DNA of 64,000 nucleotides from Eledone cirrhosa (Eukaryota): NCBI GenBank assembly GCA_964016885.1, contig OZ024745.1:23808001-23872000 (forward strand), in the 5' to 3' direction. Positions 26,820 through 40,460 of this stretch are shown piece by piece (the first letter of the stretch is position 1; each line of letters begins with the position of its first letter). A program made the position numbers and the translations under genes. The notes beneath the pieces were generated by a model. That model saw nothing but the letters and a program-made list of their open reading frames with translations. It was not told where the DNA came from and made no database searches.

Positions 26820-27840
26820 GGTGACGAGGGGTGGTGGTAGTGGTGGTGGTGGTGGTGGTGGTGGTAGTGGTGATGGTTGTGGTGGTAGTGGTGGTTGTGG
26901 TGGTGGTGGTGATGGTTGTGGTGGTAGTGGTGGTTGTGGTGGTGATGGTTGTGGTGGTAGTGGTGGTAGTGGTGGTGGTGGTAGTGGTGATAGTGGTGGT
27001 GGTGGTGGTGGTAGTGGTGGTGGTGGTGATAGTTGTGGTGGTAGTGGTGGTTGTGGTGTGGAGGTGTGGTGATTCTGGTGGTGTTGGTGTGGTGGTGATT
27101 GTGGTGGTTGTGGTGCTTGTGGTGATTGTGGTAATTGTGGTGGTGGTGGTGGTGGTGGTGGTGGTGGTGTGGTGTTTGTGGTGTTGTGGTGTTTGTGGTG
27201 TGGTGGATGTGGTGGTGTGGTGGTGTGGTGGTGTGGTGTAGTGGTTGTGGTGGTGTGGTGTGGTGGTTGTGGTGGTGTGGTGGTGTGGTGGTTGTGGTGG
27301 TGTGGTGGTGTGGTGGTTGTGTTGGTGTGGTGGTGTGGTGTTTGTAGTATTTGTGGAGTTTGTGGTGGTTGTGGTGTGGTGGTGGTGGGGGTGGTGTTAT
27401 GGTGTGGTGGTGTGTTGGTGGTGGTGGTGTGACGGTGTGATGCTGGTAGTGGTAGTTGTGGTGGTGGTAGTATTGGTTTTATTCTTGGTGATGGTGGTGT
27501 TGGTGTGATGATGGTGGTGATGTCATAGTGTTGGTGGTGGTGGTTGTGGTGGTGGTGCTGCTGATGGTGGTCTGGTGGTGTGATGGTGTTGTTGTTGGTG
27601 GTGTGTTGATGTGGTGCCAGTTGTGGTGGTTGTGGTGGTGGTAGTATTGGTTTTATTGTTGATGATAGGAATGGTGGCATTGTTGGCGAAGGCAGTGGTG
27701 GTGCTGGTGGTGTGGTGGTGGTAGTGGTGTGGTAGTGGTGGTGTGTGTGCTGGTGAAGGCTGTGGTGGTTGGGGTGGTAGTATTGGTGGTGATGGTAATG
27801 GTGGTATTTCTGGTGATGGTAGTGGTGGTGCTGGTGGTGC
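26820..27840. repeat. (GGT/GTG)n low-complexity tract
   Basis: Directly visible. Confidence 0.9.
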
Positions 27841-28418
27841 AATTACCACCACACTATTCCCCTCTCTATATCTATCATACAACCTTCTCTCTCATTCCCT
27901 CTCCTCTATCTATCACTGCCAAACTCTCCCCCTCTCTATATCTATTAATACCTATCTATATCAATTATCTCACTCTATTCATTACCACCAAACTCTCCTT
28001 CTCTCTTTATCAACGATACAACAGTCTCTCACCCCCCCCCCTCTATATCAATTAACCCAAACCCTCCACCTCTCTACGTCAACCATACAACATTCTCTCC
28101 CAATCCCTCTCTCTCTATCAATTAGCACCAAACTCCCCCCTCTCTATATCTACTACACGGAACACTCTCACAATCCCTCTCTCTCTATCAATTAAAACGA
28201 AACTCTCCTCCTCTGTATATCTACTACAAGGAACTCTCTTCCAATACCCCTCTCTATATCTATTAACACGAAACTCTCCCCTTCCCTATATCTACATGTG
28301 CATAAATTGTATTGCATATACAAACAGATGTTTTGATAGTTTGGGGAGAAAAATATAATTATTGGGGGGGGGGGGGGTACACCTGACTCCCCCAGTTCCC
28401 CCGCCCCTTATATATATG

Positions 28419-28491
<73 letters not shown>

Positions 28492-28502
28492 GAACGAGTA
28501 GG

Positions 28503-28598
28503 ACCCCGACGGCTGAGCTCAAGCCGTTTCGACGGCTAATTCTGGACTAAATGAACATTTTTATCCGGGTATATGAATAGCCGAGCTTCTCAGGGGGT
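28503..28598 (-). ncRNA. HHR-like motif at the PLE-1 3' end (non-canonical core CUGAGAA)
   Basis: acccc-CTGAGAA-g ct cggcta...tagccg tc-GAAA-cggc ttgagctca gccg-TC-ggggt. Confidence 0.7.
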
Positions 28599-29827
28599 AA
28601 TTCCATATATGGTAAAAGTGATTGTCACAAGGATTGGTCAAAAGTTTGTTGTTGAGACACAATTCTATCATGGCAATTTGTGGAAGGAAGGGGTAGCTGA
28701 ATCTGCCAGTAGAAGAAAGAGGGAGAGGGGGTGGAGGAAACCCAGTCGTGCGTTGATAGTGCCAACTACAGCAGGGCAGAAGGTCAAGGAAGTAAACTAG
28801 GGAGGGGGAGGAAGTCGAAACAATAAGTAAAACAATATGGGGTAAATATATAGAAAAATACCGAGAATGTTAAAAAAACAATTAAATATAAAAAAAACAA
28901 TTTCTGGTTATTATAACCTAAGGACAGCTATCAAGTCTCTCACTGGTACTGCTAGACTAAAGAAAGGTTTACTAGGTGGGACGGAATTATAATGAGACCT
29001 TTTAAGAGGTATTAGTAATCAGCCGAGTATATCTTACGGTGACGGGTCAACAAGTGGGGGGCCAAAATACTAAAGAAACTACCACGAAATAATAATTCAG
29101 ATTCCCGAGACTAATACGAAATAAAGGTTTCAACCCCAGGCACCAGGCCAGCAACCACCCAGTGCAAAAAATAAACTAATACGAAATAATAATTCAGAAT
29201 CCCGAAAAAGAATACTAATACTATCTCTAAGGGTGCCGCTACGATACAAAGATTCTAGTGCAAACTACATAAATGCTCGTACGAAGTATATGAAGAATTT
29301 GATACGGAAAATGAATTCAGAATCCCCCCCCCCCCCCCCCAAAAAAATACTGATATACGAGAAATTAAAGCAAAGATACCACTAAGAAATGTAGAAAGCA
29401 CGGAAAAGGGGCAGCCATCGGATAAGAAGGTAAGTAACCGGGGTCTATCACATCTGGTATAAAAAGCGGAGTCGGCCAATTCTATCATAGAATAGGGGAA
29501 GGGGTGGGGGTACTGAGGCTACAAAGGACCGAGGGGCTGCCTCGGGTGGGCGAGAAGGTGAAAAGGACGACGACAAAGAAAGAGGACTGGGGTGAGAGGA
29601 CTAGGGAGGGATGGGGGAAGAAGGAAATATGGAGGAAGCGATAAAAAGATATAAAAGAAGATCTTACGTCTACCTTTGCAAGCAGGGGTTACCCATTACA
29701 AAGTCGGCAAGTGGGGCGTTATAGCCCTTGTCTACTCCCCATCCCCCCGGGTCATTATGGGGTTTGAGGACGAGGTAAGTCCTACGCAATCTGTGTTTGC
29801 ATGCAATTACCAGTTCATCTTTCTTGT

Positions 29828-30721
29828 TTAGGAATTGGTCCGTCGAAAACAGCATTTGTAAAGTTTCCTCCGAGCATAAATTGCACGGACGGCGTCCTCC
29901 CGTGTAAGAGTTGGCTCTGGACAGTAACCTCCAAGTGAGATCATAGGTAATATTGTTATCCTTGAGGTCCCAGATGTGGCCCGAAAGTGTAGTGGCGTGA
30001 CGCCGGGCCGGGTTTCGGAAGGTATATCTGTGTTGGTATAGCCGGGTCTTGAAGTCACATTGAGGGCTTGGTTGTAATAAGGCGCATGTTCCTCGAATAT
30101 CTGCTCATTAGCGGACAAACGAGATATGCGGAGGGAGATGTTTTTAACCAGGTTATTGGTGATGTTCCTAGGATGGTTTGACCGGCGGTGGATATAGTGC
30201 AGGTTGTCGTTGGGTTTTCTGTATGGGTAGTACAGATCATTATCGAGGTCAAGGGTTACGTCCAGGAAGTTTACTCGGATCAGGGACGTTTGTAGGGTTA
30301 TTTTAAATCCCCAGTCGCGGAAGATGCTGATTAATTGTTTACAGATCCGGTCTGTACTACTGGGGTTGTACCCTTTAAGGGTAAGGAGCCCATCTTTACG
30401 GTACAATCCACCGCCGAATGCAGGAAACATATCGGTGAGTTTAGCTAGTAGGAATAATCCTATAAGATCTGTGACCTCAGCCGATTCCGTCGCGCCCATG
30501 CTGACGTCGAAGTGCGAGTCGGGAGCTCTCTTTATCCATTTGGAGTTGTCGAAGAGTGGGACTGTCTTCCTGGCGTGGAGGATGATGTTTCTTTCCTGGT
30601 CGGTGATGGGCGCAAGTGTTTCGGCGAAGTCCAAGGCAGCCGTAAGTAGCGGTAAGGTAATTGAAGCATAGTAACTCTCTATGTCAAACTGGGTGAATTT
30701 AGTGTCTCGTTTGTCCTCCAT
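29828..30721 (-). pseudogene. PLE reverse transcriptase fragment (catalytic YRDD mutated to YRKD)
   Basis: ORF-track translation shows PLE RT core and thumb motifs; upstream frameshifted parts extend to ~31250. Confidence 0.85.
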
Positions 30722-31416
30722 ATTGCTGAACCATGAGATTACTTCCTGGGTGTTGACCCATAGGCTAAGTCTGGCGTGTTGCTTAACTTTTGGTATAACG
30801 CAGTCTAGGATTTTTTTGCTGATTGTTGATGTCGGACTTCGTTGGGTTTATAAGCCTGATAGAAGGTTTACGGTCGAAATCGGATTTGTGGTCCTTCAGT
30901 GTGAAGTAGGGTGTCTATGGGTCTAGGGGTTCCATGCGGTCGGCGACCCCGAGGCTGGAGGTAATTTGTTGTCCATCTCGATTTATGTCCTCGATGCATG
31001 AGTGGTTAGCCTTATTATAGGTGGAGTTTAGGCTGCTCCTGATCAGTGTGTGGTATCTGTCGGGGTTGACAAAGTAGAGGTTCCCAGTTTTATCCGAGTG
31101 CACCATGATGTCATTGGTGTTATCATACTCTGTTAAGTTGCTACGGAGTTTTTATAGGAATCGGTTGTGTCTGGGTTTGAATTTAATGTTCTTGACCAGT
31201 TGGAAAAGGTCATTCGAAGGGTGAGAGCATAGTGTTCGGAGGGGGAGATTTGTAGGTAATAAATCCGAATCTCTCCTTGGTACCGAAGTCCTGATTGTCG
31301 CAATATCTGTCCTATTACCCACTCTACTACCCTAAGTATTGAGTACTTTGGTGCGTTATGGTCCACCTGGTTCCTTACCACATTTCCTTCGTTATATATA
31401 TATATATTTATTTATG

Positions 31417-31502
<86 letters not shown>

Positions 31503-31749
31503 GTGTGTCTGTGTGTCTGTGTTTATGTCCCAGACTTTAAACGTATATCTATTGGAGTCGATAAAATCGACTAAACTGGTAAAAGCCCCAGCATGGTCGC
31601 AGTCTAATGAGTATGACAATATGTTGTTTATAAGTTTTCTCTTAAGGTAAGATGTGATTCGAAGTATATTTGGCTGCTATTTCTAGCATGTCAAACATCC
31701 ACATATTGATGCCCATGCTACGAGCTCACAATGGCGGCATTGTCGTTGC

Positions 31750-32790
31750 TGACATGGTGGTGGTGGTAGTGGTGGTGGTGGTGGTAGTGGTGGTGGCGGT
31801 GGCGGTGGTGGTGGTGATGGTGGTGGTGGTGGTTGTGGTAGTAGTGGTGGCGGTGTGGTGGTGGTGGTTGTGGTGGTGGTGGTGGCGGTGTGGTGGTGGT
31901 GTTGGTTATGATGGTGGTGGTGTTGGTGTTGGTGGTGGTGGCGGTGATGGTGGTTGTGTTGGTTGTGGTGGTGGTGGTGGTGGTTGTGGTTGTGGTGGTG
32001 GTGATTGTGGTTGTGGTGGTGGTGGTGGCGGTGTGGTGGTGGTGTTGGTTATGGTGGTGGTGGTGTTGGTGGTGGTGGTGTTGTGGTGGCGGTGGTGGTG
32101 TTGGTGGTGGTGGTGTTGTGGTGAAAAATGTTGTGGTGTGGTGTTGGTGGTGGTGGTGGTGTTGTGATGGTGGTGGTAGTGGTGGTGGTGGTGGTGGTGT
32201 GGTGGTGGTGGTGTTGTGTGGTGGTGGTGGTGGTGGTGTTGTGGTGAAAAGTGTTGTGGTATGGTGTTGGTGGTGGTGGTGGTGGTTTGGTGAAAAGTGT
32301 TGTGGTGTGGTGGTGGTAGTGGTGTTGTGGTGGTGGTGGCGGTGGTGGTGGTGGTGGTGGTGGTGTGGTGTGGTGGTGGTGGTGGTGGTGGTGGTGTTGT
32401 GGTGAAAAGTGTTGTGGTGTGGTGTTGGCGGTGGTGGTGGTGGTGGTGGTGGTGGTGTGGTGCGGTGTTGGTGGTGGTGGTGGTGTTGTGGTGAAAAGTG
32501 TTGTGGTGTGGTGTTGGCGGTCGTGGTGGTGGTGGTGGTGGTGGTGTTGTGGTGCGGTGTTGGTGGTGGTGGTGGTTTGGTGAAAAGTGTTGTGGTGTGG
32601 TGGTGGTAGTGGTGTTGTGGTGGTGGTGACGGTGGTGGTGGTGGTGGTGGTGTGGTGTGGTGGTGGTAGTGGTGGTGGTGGTGTTGTGGTGAAAAGTGTT
32701 GTGGTGTGGTGTTGGTGGTGGTGGTGGTGGTGGTGGTGTGGTGCGGTGTTGGTGGTGGTGGTGGTGTTGTGGTGAAAAGTGATGTGGTGT
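31750..32790. repeat. (GGT)n low-complexity tract with repeated gtggtgaaaagtgttgtggtg units
   Basis: Directly visible. Confidence 0.9.
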
Positions 32791-33588
32791 GGTGCTGAGT
32801 AGTGGAAGGTTCTGCCAAGCAACCGACGGGAAGTTATGCCAGATAAACAAACATCCATAAATGGTAGGAGAAAGGGGTGGGGTGAATGAATGGGGTGGGG
32901 TTATAGTTGTCGGGGGGGGGGGGAGCAATGGTGGTGGTGGAGGAAGAGGAGGGCGAGTTTGAAGGAGAAATAAGACAGGAGAGGGAGTAGCTAGTTGTAT
33001 GTGTGCGAGTGTGTATGTGTGCATATATGTGTGTGTACGTGTGTTTATGTGTGTGTATTTGTGTGTGTCTGTGTAGGTATGTTCGTATATGTGTGCTTGT
33101 GCGTGTATGCGTATGTGTGTATGTGTTTGTGTATGTATGTGTATGTTTGTATGTGTTTGTGTATGTATGTGTATGTTTATATGTGTGCGTATGTATGTAT
33201 GTAAGTCTGTGTGTCTGTAGTCACCATTTAAAATATGTGTTGTTATATTTGCCACAAATTATTCTATATATATATATGTGTGTATATATTAGTACATGTT
33301 TTTATGTACGTGTGTGTACATTGGTGGACGGGGTCTAAAAATATTGGTTGCCAGGACAAAAAGGGAGCCACCCAAAACTACAATACTATCATTTAATTTT
33401 TACATTGAATAAAGAAATTGTTTTAAAATATTCCTCTCTATTTCTGCGAATGTAATTGACAGTAAAATTGTAAAGTAAAAATACGGATTACAGAATATAT
33501 TAAGAATTTTTTACTTTCTCCAATAAAAAAGATCTTGTGAAATTTACACATTCACAAAATAGCAGGAATGAGCTTTCGGTCTAACACA

Positions 33589-33673
<85 letters not shown>

Positions 33674-33820
33674 AACGAGTAGGACTCCGACGGCTGAGCT
33701 CAAGCCGTTTCGACGGCTAATTCTGGGGTCCTACTCGTTCCTATTACCCACTCTACTACCTCAAGTATTGAGTACTTTGGTGCGTTATGGTCCACCTGGT
33801 TCCTTACCACATTTCCTTCG

Positions 33821-33953
<133 letters not shown>

Positions 33954-33954
33954 C

Positions 33955-34031
<77 letters not shown>

Positions 34032-34113
34032 TATATTACCCACTCTACTACCCTAAGTACCTTGAGTACTCTGGGCGTTATGGTCCATATGGCTCCTTAA
34101 CACACTTCCTTCG

Positions 34114-34159
<46 letters not shown>

Positions 34160-34191
34160 ATGGTCGTGCTGCGTTGTTGCAAATGGGATAC

Positions 34192-34361
34192 ATATGAATA
34201 AAATTAAAACAAGAAGACAGGACTGTCCATCATCAGTGATCTTCCAGCCATGATCAGTATTTCTTCGCATTAAATGGTCTTTAATGCGAAGAAATACCGA
34301 TGATGGCTGGAAGATCACTGATGACGGACAGTCCTGTATTCTTATTCTAATTTTATTCATA
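34192..34361. repeat. Fold-back inverted repeat (~80-bp arms)
   Basis: Arms are reverse complements around the loop atggtct; contains CTGATGA and a small hairpin but no GAAA. Confidence 0.8.
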
Positions 34362-34365
34362 TATA

Positions 34366-35273
34366 TCATAATCTATAAAGCTCAGTGTGTGGTCATGCTC
34401 CTTCATTATAGAAATCTACGATATAGAATTTCTTCAATTGAAATTTACAATTCAGTATTCGAAATAGCTTCGATTGCGTCTTGACGCAGATAATTTTTTC
34501 AATTTCACCCACAATTACGCCAAAAATAGATAAAACTCAATATTTTACGATTTTGCTCTCTCATTTAAACTGCTGAACTCTTTCTACTACCATTCAAAAT
34601 CTATACAACTTCATACTTTCTGCTACTTTCTCTTTCCAAGCTTGATGGTGATACTGTCCGTTCACACCACTCCCTACTGTCTTAAATTTAGAAAACACAT
34701 ATCCTCTATGAGGTTACTAAACCTGCTAGAAACAGAAACTAACTCACCCCCATATCACACCCCTCCCCACACCACTCCCCACTGTCTTAAATTTAGAAAA
34801 CATATCTTCTATGAGGTCACTAAACCTGCTTGAAACAGCAGCTAACTCTCCCCCATATCACACCACTCCCTACTGTCTTAAATTTAGAAAACACATATCC
34901 TCTATGAGGTCACTAAACCTGCTAGAAACAACAGCTAACTCTCCCTCATATCACAACCCTCCCTACTGTCTTAAATTTAGAAAACACACAGACAACCATG
35001 CAGAACAACTCCATCGCAGCTCTGTTGTTCGGCTGGCATCGTCTACTCGCGTGTTGCGCAAGTACTGTGAAACAATAAATTTCAACACTTTTTTGCACAA
35101 AGATAATATCCATAGGCGAAACTACAATTCTCACTGCTGGCGCAGCTCATGCTTCCAGGTCTGCAATTCATTCACCCAGTGCCTGGCAGACAAAAAACTG
35201 CTGCCATAAAATGGGTGGTGCAACCTAACTTTGGTAACTTAATGACCCCGAGCAACGCCGGGCTTTAATGCTA

Positions 35274-35274
<1 letters not shown>
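34366..35274 (+). mobile_element. Non-autonomous Helitron with internal ~90-105-bp tandem repeats
   Basis: 5' TC; 3' hairpin cccgagcaacgccggg followed by CTAG|T; repeats at 34663-34990. Confidence 0.7.
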
Positions 35275-35330
<56 letters not shown>

Positions 35331-35410
35331 CAACGAGTTATTTACTTTTCAAATAGAACTCAGAACATTAAGTTCTTGTCTGAATGTCACTATCTGTAAA
35401 CCAAGTTTTG

Positions 35411-35471
35411 TATTTTATCTGATGAGTGCGTACATAAATTTTGGTGCCCTTGAAATATATATAATAAAATA
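35411..35471 (+). ncRNA. Type I hammerhead ribozyme (family B, degraded stem II)
   Basis: tattttat-CTGATGA-...-GAAA-tatata-TA-ataaaata. Confidence 0.65.
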
Positions 35472-35505
35472 AATATGGTTCTATAAAGATAGCTTCCATT
35501 TATTA

Positions 35506-35594
<89 letters not shown>

Positions 35595-35671
35595 ATAAGT
35601 TATTCCGGGCTGAATCGGAATGGTTTCTCACGAATGAAACAGTTCTAGTCCTGTAGAAGCTATTCTATATA

Positions 35672-35750
<79 letters not shown>

Positions 35751-35831
35751 TATAATACTGTTTCGTACTGTTGGTATTTATCAAAGCCTAGCACTCCTCC
35801 TGTTTGCTGAAAATTATGAATGTTAAATTCT

Positions 35832-35907
<76 letters not shown>

Positions 35908-35979
35908 AGTGCGTGCGTGTGTGCGTGTGTGCGTGTATGCGCGTGTGAGCGTGTATGCGTGTGTGTGTGTGTGTGTGTA

Positions 35980-36011
<32 letters not shown>

Positions 36012-36081
36012 AGTGCGTGCGTGTGTGCGTGTGTGCGTGTGTGCGTGTGTGCGTGTATGCGCGTGTGAGCGTGTATGCGTG

Positions 36082-36150
<69 letters not shown>

Positions 36151-36159
36151 GTGTGTGTG

Positions 36160-36272
36160 AACGTGGTTGAGTGTTTAGGGAATTGGATTCGCAATTGTGA
36201 GGTTGTGATTTCGACTCTAAGCCCGGGCGATGCGTTACGTCCTGGAGCCCTTTATTTCATGCTGCTCCTTCT
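36160..36272 (+). mobile_element. Degenerate tRNA-derived SINE (family S2)
   Basis: A/B-box-like head; similar to the reverse complement of 60020-60160. Confidence 0.45.
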
Positions 36273-36427
36273 GCCGGGATTTGCGACCGGTAGATAGTAT
36301 CAACAATAGAAAGGCTAATGGAAACAGTTTCCTCGGTCCTATTTGACGAGCACCACCCCACTCGTTAAGCGAATGATGTCTGGGATCATGTCGATCGACT
36401 ATCGATAAATGTGTGTGTAAATGAATA

Positions 36428-36493
<66 letters not shown>

Positions 36494-36624
36494 GTGAGGT
36501 TTTTTTTACAAAATGAAAAATAACCGAGTTGTCCTACACGAGTGAAAGTATAAGGAAAAAGAGATGAAATCGAAAATGCAACTGAAGTCTTATTTTTTTT
36601 TTAAATATATATATTTATTTGGTT

Positions 36625-36662
36625 CCTTTACCGGTTTCGCAGTTCTTCTGCTTTTCAAAAGG
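36625..36662 (-). ncRNA. Minimal type I HHR with a U3-A8 core (within element 36488-36697)
   Basis: cctt-TTGAAAA-gcag aagaa ctgc-GAAA-ccgg-TA-aagg. Confidence 0.7.
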
Positions 36663-37159
36663 TGAGTTGAGATGGAGGGTCTGTGGTTTTTCTCACATAT
36701 ATATATATATATACACATACAGCTCTAGCTGCGGTCCTGTGGCTATATCATGCAAGCCGAGTGGGGCTTTACGCCCAGCGATGTCAAAGGAAACTATAGT
36801 CACAGACCCAAAGCTAGAGATTTGTACCTTCCAAAAAATTAATTTGATTTTCCCATCTGCAAGTTGAGGGAGAAATAAAGGTGTATAATCTATGTATGGA
36901 GACAAAATTATTGTCATCTTCATTACAGAATTAGGCAGTCACCTGTTCAACTAAATTCAATTAGTTAGCAACAATACGGTTAAAAACAGCTGCTGGGTTG
37001 TTATACTTAAGTCTGGCTTGTATTCCTATGTAGTAACCAGACATATTGCTGACAATCACTGCCCTCATCCGCAGTCTTAAATATCAATCCCTAGTACTTT
37101 AGTCTTGTGAGAGTCAGTCGGCAGAAAAAACCACATACTTTTCTACTGGTTTCCTCGAA

Positions 37160-37450
37160 ACAACATATATCACACTTTCTCAAGCCGCAACCTGGTGCAG
37201 TCTGCGACTAACCAAGGTTCTGCTGCACGTCGGGCTGAAGAGGCCAAACTCTTCAAATACCGGTCGCTCTCCGACAGGTTTGCGGCCGTACCCTTGGTGT
37301 CATCGGCTCTAGGGCTACCTCCCTACTCACCACCATAGCGCTGAGCTCGCCAGTCGCAGGTGTGAGCCCCGCGAGTTGGAATAGCCTTTCCAGCGCGTCT
37401 CCCTTGCCGTCCTCCGGGGAAGCGCCTTCTCTATTCTGTTCACATGGGCT
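37160..37450 (+). mobile_element. CRE-like RLE LINE 3' fragment
   Basis: Frameshifted GSAARRAEEAKLFKYRSL...FQRVSLAVLRGSAFSIL; a shorter relative lies at ~12470-12535. Confidence 0.6.
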
Positions 37451-38376
37451 GTGGGGAGGCCACCAATATGATTGACGGACTTGTCATTTTATCAACCGGA
37501 TGTTTTTAGACCTATACTGTTATTTCACTTAAGACTTGCTCCTCAATCGCAATAACTATAAACTGATCTACATAAGCCAAGTCGGTTGTCAAATCTACTG
37601 AAACTACCGTATTTGATGGCATATAGTACTCTCCGTCATATAGGAACCCCTTTCCATTTCAACAGAAAATATTTAGAAAAATCATTAACCTACCAGATAC
37701 CTAAACTTTGCATATAAGACCCATGTTCATTTTGAACCATTTTAGTGGGGAGGGGGTCTTATGTGTTATCATGCCTGCTACTTTTAATTTCTGCCGCATA
37801 TAATTCTTAACATTTATTACCATCAACAGAACAATTTCTTCTTCATAGATTCTTGGTGATAACTATGACTGCTTACACCTCTCATCTTATCGTTCGTTCC
37901 GACCGGAGGTCAAATTCATTGAAAACAAAGCAAATAATGATTTCATTTCCACCGCATGACAGATGTAATTGTAAGAATTTGCCAATTTAACAACACATTA
38001 TCTCGCAGACAATATAACTTCTAGTACCTAGAAGAAAATCAAAATATATACGTAATTCTAATACCAGTAAATATAATATATCGAAGAAATCTCCTAGCTA
38101 ATGTAAATAAGTGTAGCTTCTAATAACGGAAATACTGAAGGGTTTATCACCTCACCATTTCCTCTCAGCATAACGTTACATAACGACACTTAATCGACCC
38201 TCGGGTTCAAATCTTGCTCACGTCTCCCTATCACCCTTCCAGGGTCAACAAAATAAACGACCAGTTAAGTATTGGATCGATTTGATCGGCTTCTCCTCCT
38301 GTCCGTTTCTGCTGAGAATTATAACCACCCTCGGGCGTTTTGTTAGAAAATGTTCAAAGAGTTATGTTAGGGTATA

Positions 38377-38909
38377 TCTATATACATAAATGGCAATTTC
38401 TGTCTGTTTGTGTGTGTGTTTGTTTGTGGATTTGTTTGTGAACCTAAAACTCAAAAACTACCAAACCGATCTTGATGAAACTTGACACGTATGTGAGGCT
38501 CATGCCCATTTGATTTCTTACGTACTTCGAAGTTTTAAAAATATCGATAATTTCCAGTCTGCATCGACTTTTTTAAAATGAATAAGAAATTTGTATGCAA
38601 ATGCTCATATGAATGTCATTTTCTGCCATAACTTTTAAAGCTCTCAACCGATTTCTTTCAAACTTGAAACACAGATACTTTATGTGCTAAGGATGGCTTT
38701 TTGCTAAGATTATCCACATTACTCGAGCAACGCGTAAGCTGATTTTTGATTAACTGATGAGTGAAATTTGACTTTAGCTGTTGTGGGCTTAAAATATTCT
38801 CCATAAATCCACTTAATATTCTCTGATTGCTGTAACATTTATTTTCTCACCACCTGCAGCGAAACTGGGAATGCCCCCGCTCCCGGGTATTACCGGGTAT
38901 GTCAGCTAG
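38377..38909 (+). mobile_element. Non-autonomous Helitron
   Basis: 5' A|TC, 3' cccgggtattaccggg hairpin followed by CTAG|T; body resembles the 15852 element. Confidence 0.7.
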
Positions 38910-39008
38910 TTTTAAATAGATCTGAGTCACTGATCTTGGATTGGAGTGGGAGTTTGTTGAACTGAGGTGAGTAAAGTGATGTAACATTACGGTAGTCGCC
39001 TTTGTTAA

Positions 39009-39235
39009 TAAGATGGTCGGCTGAAAGGTTCATAGGCTGAAAATTTCATAGGCTAAAAATTTCATAGGCTGACCAAAATACTCTCATGGAATGACCAAAT
39101 GGGGTTTATTTTTGCAATAGTCCCTGGAAAGAAACAATGCAGTTATTAATATGAAGAATCGAAATTAATGCATGCAAGATTTCACAGCTCTAGCATCACA
39201 CCGTCAGCCTATGGAACTTTCAGCCTACTCTCTTA
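39009..39235. mobile_element. Tc1/mariner-type MITE copy (reverse orientation, part of TIR triplicated)
   Basis: Homologous to 1825-2025. Confidence 0.7.
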
Positions 39236-39299
39236 TGTTAAGTCTATTAGAACTTAAATTTGATAACATGGAAAGTGCTATCAAGTTCCAGTCTTGTTT

Positions 39300-40460
39300 C
39301 CTGTTTTTAATAAACAGTATTTATATATCCTTGGCTTAGATTGTTGGTATATTTTTCACCTTCTGTAGATTATAAAGCGTTACCATGTTTGTTGAAGAAA
39401 ATGAAGATTTCAATGTTTTTAAACGGCCCTAGTTGTTTAGGGGTTCCATAAAACTCCATAAAACTCTACAGTGAGAGGTCTTTTTCTGGAATAGGAACAC
39501 CAGAATCATTAGGTGTATTTTAGAGGTATTTGAACAAGTAGAGTACAAGAGAAGAAAAAGTAAATCTATTTCATCTTTGACTTGGAGAAACCGTTCTGCA
39601 TATCTAGGATTATATTATTTCAGTAACAAAAATTTCGTTTTTCATGTAAGTTCACCAATCTAGATTTAAAATGAGTGTAGAACAAGGAATGTCAGATGAT
39701 ATGGATATGACGTTAAAGTAAACAAAATCAATTGTAATTAGCAAGAAAACAGTCTCATACAGGTCAAGATCAGTCTCATACAGGTCAAGATCATGTCAGG
39801 TTAGCTTCATGTTTTCAGTAGCTTCCAATGATTTTACAATAATGAACCTCATTTGAGAAACTATTTGTATAAACAAGAGAAAGGATGTGATGAGTTTGTT
39901 CTCTTCTTCTTCCTCTTGAGATGTCCGTGGGGGCAGTGTCGTCAAACATTCCTTCTAGCGGATCCTGTCAGAAGTAACCATCTCCAATTGATCCAGCTGG
40001 ATCTCCAAGTGAGACCAGCCAGGCTCGCTAGCTGTTGAACACCAAATATTCACCTCGTGGCAAGTCTTCAAGAAATCGTGGGAGTATTACCAAGAGGTAT
40101 ATTCTTGTATATTTTAGTTCGTTCTCCTTCGAGAAATATTATTTGACATTTGTTGTAAATAATCCTGATGACAAAATGCCGTATTCCACTGGCAAGGAAA
40201 TGGTATATCCAAGAACATAATTTCCCTCGGATATTGTTGATCCATACTTTCCAAAAATATAGAAATGATTCATCTGATTCAATGAACTTATAATAACTTA
40301 TTATATAACATCTTTATATGAGTTCATTTTAAAGCGAATAAATATTAATTCTTCATGATCAATGATACCAGCAAGACAGTTTTGAACAGTCTGAAAGTCA
40401 CTTTGACGTAGGTTTAGCATATTGTTATGATAGAGGTGGCTTGTAATTTTAAAGACCATT
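39300..40460 (-). pseudogene. Highly degraded CR1/L2-like LINE RT remnant
   Basis: Manual translation gives LNLRQSDF..NCL, IRGKLCSWIYHFL and EKDL-like motifs, with many stops. Confidence 0.4.

Larger units (their letters stand above)
28490..31393 (-). mobile_element. Penelope-like retroelement PLE-1: 5'-truncated, EN largely deleted, inverted terminal fragment at the 5' junction
   Basis: RT fragments (SDKTGNLY; FDIESYYASI; SMGATESAEVTDL; LYRKDG; NFLDVTLD; YRKPND..YIHRRSNHP), C-terminal LNKKDELVIACKH, ~1-kb 3' UTR ending in an HHR-like motif; (TA)n on both sides. Confidence 0.85.

Noticed and set aside
26808-33255. His/Thr/Pro-rich ORFs (344-449 aa)
   Set aside because: (GGT)n low-complexity tracts open in several frames.
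34310-34340. CTGATGA plus small hairpin in a fold-back repeat
   Set aside because: No GAAA/UH half, so it is not called as a ribozyme.
38754-38770. CTGATGAgtGAAA hammerhead-like core
   Set aside because: No room for stem II and no stem I pairing; lies inside a Helitron.
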